A stretch of DNA of 64,000 nt from the human T2T-CHM13v2.0 reference genome, Homo sapiens. Location: NCBI RefSeq assembly GCF_009914755.1, contig NC_060939.1; one strand, given 5' to 3'. Both the position numbers and the translations under genes were made by a program. Of this stretch, positions 1-10,222 are shown piece by piece. The notes below the pieces were generated by a model, which had not been told where the DNA came from, searched no databases, and saw only the letters and a list, made by a program, of their open reading frames with translations. Position 1 is the first letter of the stretch. Each line of letters begins with the position of its first letter.

Positions 1-138
1 AAATATCCATTGCAGATGGTACAAAAAGTGAGATTCAAAACTGCTCAATCCAAAGGTAGTTTCAACCATGTGATATGAATGCACACAGCACAGAGAATTT
101 TCTCAAAATGCGTCTGTCTAGTTTTTATTTGAAGATAT

Positions 139-155
139 TTCCTTTTCTACCATAG
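139..155 (+). other. A-box / pJalpha-type site at the CENP-B box position (example; a variant occurs in every monomer)
   Basis: TTCCTTTTCTACCATAG here and TTCCTTTTCCACAATAG at 309-325 resemble the pJalpha motif TTCCTTTTYCACCRTAG and not the CENP-B box (TCCCGYTTCCAACGAAR in this orientation). Protein binding is not shown by the sequence. Confidence 0.8.
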
Positions 156-1289
156 GCCACAAACGTCTCCAAATATCCACATGCAGCTTCTACAAAAAGA
201 GAGATTCAAAACTTCTCAATCAAAAGATAGGTTCAACTCTGTGAGTTGAAAGCACACCTCACAGAGAAGTTTCTCAGAGTGCTTCTGTGTGTTTTTATGT
301 GAAGATATTTCCTTTTCCACAATAGGCCTCAAAGCTCTCCAAATATCTGCGAGCAGAGTCTACAAAATGAGAGATTCAAAACTGCTCAATGAAAAGATAG
401 GTTCAACTCTGTGAGTTGAATGCACACCTCCAAAGAAGTTTCTCAGAATGCTTCCGTGTAGTTTTTATGTGAAGATATTTACTTTTCCACAGTTGTCCCA
501 AAGCTCTAAAATGTCCACTTGCAGACCCTCCAAAAGAGTGTTTCAGAATTGCTCAATCAAAGGGAAGGTTCAATTCTGTGTGACCAATGCACTCATCACA
601 AAGAAGTTTGTCTGAATGCTTCTGTGTAGAATTGATTTGAAGATAATTCCTTTTCCACCACAGTCCGCAAAGGGCTAAAAATATCCACTTGCCGATTCCA
701 CAAAAAGAGAGATTCAAAACTGCTCAATCACAAGATAGGTTCAACTTGGTAATTGGAAAGCACACATGACAAACAATTTCTGAGAATGTTTCTGTGTAGT
801 TTTTAAGGGAAGATATTTGATTTTCAAATGTAGGCCTCAAATCGCTCCAAATATCCACTTGCATATTGTACAAAAAGAGAGATTCAAAACTGGTCACTCA
901 AAAGTTAGGTCCAGCTCTGTGAGCTGAATGCACACATCACAAAGATGTTTCTCAGAAGGTTTCTGTATAGTTTCTATATGAAGATATTTGCTTTTCCACA
1001 ATATGCCTCAAATCTCCCCAATTATCCACTTGCAGATTCTAGAAAAAGAGTGTTTCAAAACAGCTCAATCAAAATAAACTTTCAACTCTGTGAGATCAAT
1101 GCACACATCACAAAGAAGTTTCTCAGAATGCTTCTGTGTAGTTTTTTTTGTGAAGATATTTGATTTTCCACAGCAGGCTTCCAAGCACTCCAAATATCCA
1201 CTCGCAGATTCTGCAAAAAGAGAGATTCAAATCTGCTGAATCAAAAGATAGGTTTAACTCTGTGACTTCAATGCACACCTCACAAGGGT

Positions 1290-2575
1290 GTTTCTCAGAA
1301 AGCTTCTGTGTAGTTTTTATATGAAGATATCTCCTTCTCCAAAGCAGGTCTCAAAGCCCTCCAAATATTCACTTCAAGATTCTACGGAAAGATTGTCTCA
1401 ACACTGCTAAATCTAAACAAATGTTCAACTCTGTGTGATGAATGCACTCATCACAGAGAAGTTTCTCTGAATGCCTCTGTGTAGTTTTTATTTGAAGATA
1501 TTTGCTTTTCCAGTATAGGGCGAAATAGGGCTCCAAATATTCACTTGCAGATTCTACAAAAGGAGAGATTCCAAACTGCTCAATCAAAACATAGGTTCAA
1601 CACTGTGAGTTGAATGCACACATCACAAAGAAGTTTCACAGAGTGCTTCTGGGTAGTTTTTATTTGAGGATATTTCCCTTTCCACAATAGGCCTCAAAGC
1701 TTTCCAAATATCCACTTGCAGATTCTGCAAAAAGAGAGATACAAAACTGCTCTATCAAAAGATAGATTCGACTCTGTGAGTTGAATGCCAACATCGCAAA
1801 GAAGTTTCTCAGAATGCTTCTCTGCAGCTTTTTTGTGAGTATGTTTCGTTTTCCACCATAGGGCGAAATGGGGCTCCAAATATCCACTTGCATTTCCTAC
1901 AAAAAGAGAGATTCTAAGCTGCTCAATCAAAACATTGTTTCAACACGGTTAGTTGAATGCACACATCCCAAAGATGTTTTTCAGAGTGCTTCTGTGTGGT
2001 TTTTATGTGAAGATACTTCCTTTTCCACAATAGGCCTCAAATCTCTGTAAATATCCACTTGCAGACTCTACAAAGAGTGTTTCCCAACTCCTCAATCATA
2101 AGATAGGTTCAACTCCGATAGTTGAATGCACACATCACAAAGAAGTTTCTCGGAAAGCTTCTGTGTAGTTTTTGATGAAGATATCTTCTTCTCTAAAACA
2201 GAACTCCAAGCCCTCCAAATATTCACTTCAAGATTCTACGGAAAGATTGTCTCAAACTGCTAAATCAAAACAAAGGTTCAACTCTGTGTGATGAATGCAT
2301 TCATCACAAAGAAGTTTCTCTGAGTGCTTCTGTGCAGTTTTTATTTGAAGATAATTGCTTTTCCAGTATAGGGCGAAATAGGGCTCCAAATATTCACTTG
2401 CAGATTCTACAGAAAGAGAGATTCCAAACTGCTCAATCAAAACATAGGTTCAACACTGTGAGTTGAATGCATACATCGCAAAGAAGTTTCACAGAGTACT
2501 TCTGGGTGGTTTTTATTTGAAGATATTTCCCTTTCCACAATAGGCCTCAAAGCTTTCCAAATGTCCACTTGCAGA
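1290..2575 (-). repeat. Internal duplication within the HOR unit: 3' part of M8, M9 and M10 (~1290-1720) paralogous to 3' part of M13, M14 and M15 (~2145-2575)
   Basis: Shared rare strings at ~854 bp offset: ATTCACTTCAAGATTCTACGGAAAGATTGTCTCAA, TTTTCCAGTATAGGGCGAAATAGGGCTCC, AACATAGGTTCAACACTGTGAG, TTCACAGAGT..TTCTGGGT, CCCTTTCCACAATAGGCCTCAAAGCTTTCC. The paired spurious ORFs MIEQFGISPFVES... and MIEQFGISLSVES... show the same thing. Confidence 0.9.
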
Positions 2576-3414
2576 TTCCACCAAAAGAGTGTTTCGAAAC
2601 TGCTCAATCAAAAGAAAGGTTCTACTCTGTGGGATGAATGCACACATCACAAAGTAGTTTCTCAGAATGCTTCTGTGTAGTTTTTATGTGAAGATATTTG
2701 TTTTTCCACAGTAGGCCCCAAAGAGCTCCAAATATTCACTTGCAGATTCTACAAAAAGAGTGTTCCAAAACTGCTCCATCATGAAATAGGATCAACCCTG
2801 TGAGATGAATGTACGTATGACAGAGAAGTTTCTCAGAATGCTTCTGTGTAGTTTTTATGCGAAGATATTCGACTTTCCACAGTACGCCTCAAAGTTCTCC
2901 AATTATCCACTCGTAGATCCTGCAAAAAGAGAGATTCAAAACTGCTCAATCAAAAGATAGTTTCTACTCCATTATCTGAAAGACCACATCACAAAAAAAG
3001 TTTCTCAGGATGCTTCTGTGTAGTTTTTATGTGAAGATATTTGGTTTTCCACAGTAGGCCTCAAAGCGCTCCAAATATCCACTCACAGATTCTGCAAAAA
3101 GAGAGATTCAAAACTGCTGAATCAAAAGACAGTTTCAACTCTGTGACTTCAGTGCACACCTCACAAGGATGTTTCTCAGAATGCTTCTGTGTAGTTTTTA
3201 TATAAAGATATCTCCTTCTCCAAAATGGATCTCAAAGTTCTCCAAATATTCACTTCCAGATTCTATGGAAAGATTGTCTCAAAACTGCTCAATCAAACCA
3301 AAGGTTCAACTCTGTGAGATGAATGCCCACATCACAAAGAAGTTTCTCAGAGTACTTCTGTGTAGTTTCTATTTGAGGATAGTTCCTTTTCCACCACAGA
3401 CCAGAAAGGGCTCC

Positions 3415-6400
3415 AAATATCCATTGCAGATGGTACAAAAAGTGAGATTCAAAACTGCTCAATCCAAAGGTAGTTTCAACCATGTGATATGAATGCACAC
3501 AGCACAGAGAATTTTCTCAAAATGCGTCTGTCTAGTTTTTATTTGAAGATATTTCCTTTTCTACCATAGGCCACAAACGTCTCCAAATATCCACATGCAG
3601 CTTCTACAAAAAGAGAGATTCAAAACTTCTCAATCAAAAGATAGGTTCAACTCTGTGAGTTGAAAGCACACCTCACAGAGAAGTTTCTCAGAGTGCTTCT
3701 GTGTGTTTTTATGTGAAGATATTTCCTTTTCCACAATAGGCCTCAAAGCTCTCCAAATATCTGCGAGCAGAGTCTACAAAATGAGAGATTCAAAACTGCT
3801 CAATGAAAAGATAGGTTCAACTCTGTGAGTTGAATGCACACCTCCAAAGAAGTTTCTCAGAATGCTTCCGTGTAGTTTTTATGTGAAGATATTTACTTTT
3901 CCACAGTTGTCCCAAAGCTCTAAAATGTCCACTTGCAGACCCTCCAAAAGAGTGTCTCAGAATTGCTCAATCAAAGGGAAGGTTCAATTCTGTGTGACCA
4001 ATGCACTCATCACAAAGAAGTTTGTCTGAATGCTTCTGTGTAGAATTGATTTGAAGATAATTCCTTTTCCACCACAGTCCGCAAAGGGCTAAAAATATCC
4101 ACTTGCCGATTCCACAAAAAGAGAGATTCAAAACTGCTCAATCACAAGATAGGTTCAACTTGGTAATTGGAAAGCACACATGACAAACAATTTCTGAGAA
4201 TGTTTCTGTGTAGTTTTTAAGGGAAGATATTTGATTTTCAAATGTAGGCCTCAAATCGCTCCAAATATCCACTTGCATATTGTACAAAAAGAGAGATTCA
4301 AAACTGGTCACTCAAAAGTTAGGTCCAGCTCTGTGAGCTGAATGCACACATCACAAAGATGTTTCTCAGAAGGTTTCTGTATAGTTTCTATATGAAGATA
4401 TTTGCTTTTCCACAATATGCCTCAAATCTCCCCAATTATCCACTTGCAGATTCTAGAAAAAGAGTGTTTCAAAACAGCTCAATCAAAATAAACTTTCAAC
4501 TCTGTGAGATCAATGCACACATCACAAAGAAGTTTCTCAGAATGCTTCTGTGTAGTTTTTTTTGTGAAGATATTTGATTTTCCACAGCAGGCTTCCAAGC
4601 ACTCCAAATATCCACTCGCAGATTCTGCAAAAAGAGAGATTCAAATCTGCTGAATCAAAAGATAGGTTTAACTCTGTGACTTCAATGCACACCTCACAAG
4701 GGTGTTTCTCAGAAAGCTTCTGTGTAGTTTTTATATGAAGATATCTCCTTCTCCAAAGCAGGTCTCAAAGCCCTCCAAATATTCACTTCAAGATTCTACG
4801 GAAAGATTGTCTCAACACTGCTAAATCTAAACAAATGTTCAACTCTGTGTGATGAATGCACTCATCACAGAGAAGTTTCTCTGAATGCCTCTGTGTAGTT
4901 TTTATTTGAAGATATTTGCTTTTCCAGTATAGGGCGAAATAGGGCTCCAAATATTCACTTGCAGATTCTACAAAAGGAGAGATTCCAAACTGCTCAATCA
5001 AAACATAGGTTCAACACTGTGAGTTGAATGCACACATCACAAAGAAGTTTCACAGAGTGCTTCTGGGTAGTTTTTATTTGAGGATATTTCCCTTTCCACA
5101 ATAGGCCTCAAAGCTTTCCAAATATCCACTTGCAGATTCTGCAAAAAGAGAGATACAAAACTGCTCTATCAAAAGATAGATTCGACTCTGTGAGTTGAAT
5201 GCCAACATCGCAAAGAAGTTTCTCAGAATGCTTCTCTGCAGCTTTTTTGTGAGTATGTTTCGTTTTCCACCATAGGGCGAAATGGGGCTCCAAATATCCA
5301 CTTGCATTTCCTACAAAAAGAGAGATTCTAAGCTGCTCAATCAAAACATTGTTTCAACACGGTTAGTTGAATGCACACATCCCAAAGATGTTTTTCAGAG
5401 TGCTTCTGTGTGGTTTTTATGTGAAGATACTTCCTTTTCCACAATAGGCCTCAAATCTCTGTAAATATCCACTTGCAGACTCTACAAAGAGTGTTTCCCA
5501 ACTCCTCAATCATAAGATAGGTTCAACTCCGATAGTTGAATGCACACATCACAAAGAAGTTTCTCGGAAAGCTTCTGTGTAGTTTTTGATGAAGATATCT
5601 TCTTCTCTAAAACAGAACTCCAAGCCCTCCAAATATTCACTTCAAGATTCTACGGAAAGATTGTCTCAAACTGCTAAATCAAAACAAAGGTTCAACTCTG
5701 TGTGATGAATGCATTCATCACAAAGAAGTTTCTCTGAGTGCTTCTGTGCAGTTTTTATTTGAAGATAATTGCTTTTCCAGTATAGGGCGAAATAGGGCTC
5801 CAAATATTCACTTGCAGATTCTACAGAAAGAGAGATTCCAAACTGCTCAATCAAAACATAGGTTCAACACTGTGAGTTGAATGCATACATCGCAAAGAAG
5901 TTTCACAGAGTACTTCTGGGTGGTTTTTATTTGAAGATATTTCCCTTTCCACAATAGGCCTCAAAGCTTTCCAAATGTCCACTTGCAGATTCCACCAAAA
6001 GAGTGTTTCGAAACTGCTCAATCAAAAGAAAGGTTCTACTCTGTGGGATGAATGCACACATCACAAAGTAGTTTCTCAGAATGCTTCTGTGTAGTTTTTA
6101 TGTGAAGATATTTGTTTTTCCACAGTAGGCCCCAAATATTCACTTGCAGATTCTACAAAAAGAGTGTTCCAAAACTGCTCAATCATGAAATAGGATCAAC
6201 CCTGTGAGATGAATGTACGTATGACAGAGAAGTTTCTCAGAATGCTTCTGTGTAGTTTTTATCCGAAGATATTCGACTTTCCACAGTACGCCTCAAAGTT
6301 CTCCAATTATCCACTCGTAGATCCCGCAAAAAGAGAGATTCAAAACTGCTCAATCAAAAGATAGTTTCTACTCCATTAGCTGAAAGACCACATCACAAAA

Positions 6401-6818
6401 AAAGTTTCTCAGGATGCTTCTGTGTAGTTTTTATGTGAAGATATTTGGTTTTCCACAGTAGGCCTCAAAGCGCTCCAAATATCCACTCACAGATTCTGCA
6501 AAAAGAGAGATTCAAAACTGCTGAATCAAAAGACAGTTTCAACTCTGTGACTTCAGTGCACACCTCACAAGGATGTTTCTCAGAATGCTTCTGTGTAGTT
6601 TTTATATAAAGATATCTCCTTCTCCAAAATGGATCTCAAAGTTCTCCAAATATTCACTTCCAGATTCTATGGAAAGATTGTCTCAAAACTGCTCAATCAA
6701 ACCAAAGGTTCAACTCTGTGAGATGAATGCCCACATCACAAAGAAGTTTCTCAGAGTACTTCTGTGTAGTTTCTATTTGAGGATAGTTCCTTTTCCACCA
6801 CAGACCAGAAAGGGCTCC
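3415..6818 (-). repeat. HOR copy 2, 3,404 bp variant (10 bp deletion at the M16/M17 boundary)
   Basis: GTAGGCCCCAAATATTC at ~6125-6141 replaces GTAGGCCCCAAAGAGCTCCAAATATTC. ORF spacing drops from 3414 to 3404 (3169 to 6573). Confidence 0.95.
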
Positions 6819-9800
6819 AAATATCCATTGCAGATGGTACAAAAAGTGAGATTCAAAACTGCTCAATCCAAAGGTAGTTTCAACCATGTGATATGAATGC
6901 ACACAGCACAGAGAATTTTCTCAAAATGCGTCTGTCTAGTTTTTATTTGAAGATATTTCCTTTTCTACCATAGGCCACAAACGTCTCCAAATATCCACAT
7001 GCAGCTTCTACAAAAAGAGAGATTCAAAACTTCTCAATCAAAAGATAGGTTCAACTCTGTGAGTTGAAAGCACACCTCACAGAGAAGTTTCTCAGAGTGC
7101 TTCTGTGTGTTTTTATGTGAAGATATTTCCTTTTCCACAATAGGCCTCAAAGCTCTCCAAATATCTGCGAGCAGAGTCTACAAAATGAGAGATTCAAAAC
7201 TGCTCAATGAAAAGATAGGTTCAACTCTGTGAGTTGAATGCACACCTCCAAAGAAGTTTCTCAGAATGCTTCCGTGTAGTTTTTATGTGAAGATATTTAC
7301 TTTTCCACAGTTGTCCCAAAGCTCTAAAATGTCCACTTGCAGACCCTCCAAAAGAGTGTTTCAGAATTGCTCAATCAAAGGGAAGGTTCAATTCTGTGTG
7401 ACCAATGCACTCATCACAAAGAAGTTTGTCTGAATGCTTCTGTGTAGAATTGATTTGAAGATAATTCCTTTTCCACCACAGTCCGCAAAGGGCTAAAAAT
7501 ATCCACTTGCCGATTCCACAAAAAGAGAGATTCAAAACTGCTCAATCACAAGATAGGTTCAACTTGGTAATTGGAAAGCACACATGACAAACAATTTCTG
7601 AGAATGTTTCTGTGTAGTTTTTAAGGGAAGATATTTGATTTTTAAATGTAGGCCTCAAATCGCTCCAAATATCCACTTGCATATTGTACAAAAAGAGAGA
7701 TTCAAAACTGGTCACTCAAAAGTTAGGTCCAGCTCTGTGAGCTGAATGCACACATCACAAAGATGTTTCTCAGAAGGTTTCTGTATAGTTTTTATATGAA
7801 GATATTGGCTTTTCCACAATATGCCTCAAATCTCCCCAATTATCCACTTGCAGATTCTAGAAAAAGAGTGTTTCAAAACAGCTCAATCAAAATAAACTTT
7901 CAACTCTGTGAGATCAATGCACACATCACAAAGAAGTTTCTCAGAATGCTTCTGTGTAGTTTTTTTTGTGAAGATATTTGATTTTCCACAGCAGGCTTCC
8001 AAGCACTCCAAATATCCACTCGCAGATTCTGCAAAAAGAGAGATTCAAATCTGCTGAATCAAAAGATAGGTTTAACTCTGTGACTTCAATGCACACCTCA
8101 CAAGGGTGTTTCTCAGAAAGCTTCTGTGTAGTTTTTATATGAAGATATCTCCTTCTCCAAAGCAGGTCTCAAAGCCCTCCAAATATTCACTTCAAGATTC
8201 TACGGAAAGATTGTCTCAACACTGCTAAATCTAAACAAATGTTCAACTCTGTGTGATGAATGCACTCATCACAGAGAAGTTTCTCTGAATGCCTCTGTGT
8301 AGTTTTTATTTGAAGATATTTGCTTTTCCAGTATAGGGCGAAATAGGGCTCCAAATATTCACTTGCAGATTCTACAAAAGGAGAGATTCCAAACTGCTCA
8401 ATCAAAACATAGGTTCAACACTGTGAGTTGAATGCACACATCACAAAGAAGTTTCACAGAGTGCTTCTGGGTAGTTTTTATTTGAGGATATTTCCCTTTC
8501 CACAATAGGCCTCAAAGCTTTCCAAATATCCACTTGCAGATTCTGCAAAAAGAGAGATACAAAACTGCTCTATCAAAAGATAGATTCGACTCTGTGAGTT
8601 GAATGCCAACATCGCAAAGAAGTTTCTCAGAATGCTTCTCTGCAGCTTTTTTGTGAGTATGTTTCGTTTTCCACCATAGGGCGAAATGGGGCTCCAAATA
8701 TCCACTTGCATTTCCTACAAAAAGAGAGATTCTAAGCTGCTCAATCAAAACATTGTTTCAACACGGTTAGTTGAATGCACACATCCCAAAGATGTTTTTC
8801 AGAGTGCTTCTGTGTGGTTTTTATGTGAAGATACTTCCTTTTCCACAATAGGCCTCAAATCTCTGTAAATATCCACTTGCAGACTCTACAAAGAGTGTTT
8901 CCCAACTCCTCAATCATAAGATAGGTTCAACTCCGATAGTTGAATGCACACATCACAAAGAAGTTTCTCGGAAAGCTTCTGTGTAGTTTTTGATGAAGAT
9001 ATCTTCTTCTCTAAAACAGAACTCCAAGCCCTCCAAATATTCACTTCAAGATTCTACGGAAAGATTGTCTCAAACTGCTAAATCAAAACAAAGGTTCAAC
9101 TCTGTGTGATGAATGCATTCATCACAAAGAAGTTTCTCTGAGTGCTTCTGTGCAGTTTTTATTTGAAGATAATTGCTTTTCCAGTATAGGGCGAAATAGG
9201 GCTCCAAATATTCACTTGCAGATTCTACAGAAAGAGAGATTCCAAACTGCTCAATCAAAACATAGGTTCAACACTGTGAGTTGAATGCATACATCGCAAA
9301 GAAGTTTCACAGAGTACTTCTGGGTGGTTTTTATTTGAAGATATTTCCCTTTCCACAATAGGCCTCAAAGCTTTCCAAATGTCCACTTGCAGATTCCACC
9401 AAAAGAGTGTTTCGAAACTGCTCAATCAAAAGAAAGGTTCTACTCTGTGGGATGAATGCACACATCACAAAGTAGTTTCTCAGAATGCTTCTGTGTAGTT
9501 TTTATGTGAAGATATTTGTTTTTCCACAGTAGGCCCCAAATATTCACTTGCAGATTCTACAAAAAGAGTGTTCCAAAACTGCTCAATCATGAAATAGGAT
9601 CAACCCTGTGAGATGAATGTACGTATGACAGAGAAGTTTCTCAGAATGCTTCTGTGTAGTTTTTATCCGAAGATATTCGACTTTCCACAGTACGCCTCAA
9701 AGTTCTCCAATTATCCACTCGTAGATCCCGCAAAAAGAGAGATTCAAAACTGCTCAATCAAAAGATAGTTTCTACTCCATTAGCTGAAAGACCACATCAC

Positions 9801-10222
9801 AAAAAAAGTTTCTCAGGATGCTTCTGTGTAGTTTTTATGTGAAGATATTTGGTTTTCCACAGTAGGCCTCAAAGCGCTCCAAATATCCACTCACAGATTC
9901 TGCAAAAAGAGAGATTCAAAACTGCTGAATCAAAAGACAGTTTCAACTCTGTGACTTCAGTGCACACCTCACAAGGATGTTTCTCAGAATGCTTCTGTGT
10001 AGTTTTTATATAAAGATATCTCCTTCTCCAAGATGGATCTCAAAGTTCTCCAAATATTCACTTCCAGATTCTATGGAAAGATTGTCTCAAAACTGCTCAA
10101 TCAAACCAAAGGTTCAACTCTGTGAGATGAATGCCCACATCACAAAGAAGTTTCTCAGAGTACTTCTGTGTAGTTTCTATTTGAGGATAGTTCCTTTTCC
10201 ACCACAGACCAGAAAGGGCTCC
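6819..10222 (-). repeat. HOR copy 3, 3,404 bp variant (same 10 bp deletion)
   Basis: The same junction GTAGGCCCCAAATATTC occurs at ~9529-9545. ORF spacing is 3404 (6573 to 9977). Confidence 0.95.

Larger units (their letters stand above)
1..3414 (-). repeat. HOR copy 1 (reference unit, arbitrary phase): 20 monomers M1-M20
   Basis: Using the AAATATCCAC-like anchor, monomer starts read manually are 1, 171, 341, 509, 679, 849, 1020, 1192, 1363, 1535, 1706, 1878, 2049, 2217, 2388, 2559, 2730, 2901, 3073 and 3244. The next unit starts at 3415 with the same distinctive AAATATCCATTGCAGATGG. Confidence 0.95.

Noticed and set aside
1843-1862. TTTCGTTTTCCACCATAGGG in M11 as a possible CENP-B box
   Set aside because: It has TTCG but lacks the required A and CGGG at the correct spacing, and it lacks CCCG...CGAA for the reverse orientation. 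It is a variant A-box.
1-3414. Naming the specific array or chromosome (for example a chr15 or other acrocentric SF4/SF6 20-mer)
   Set aside because: Unit size and A-type monomers are compatible with such arrays, but I cannot verify identity without an alignment, so no locus name is assigned.
3169-3492. Longest ORF (107 aa, MFLRMLLCSFYIK...) as a candidate repeated gene
   Set aside because: It spans two alphoid monomers and repeats FLR(M/V)LLCSFY at the 57 aa monomer period. Its conservation across copies reflects array homogenisation, not coding selection.
6318-6340. New CCCG in copies 2-7 as a gained CENP-B box
   Set aside because: GATCCCGCAAAAAGAGAG does not fit CCCG-N2-T-N4-CGAA and is not at the box position in the monomer.
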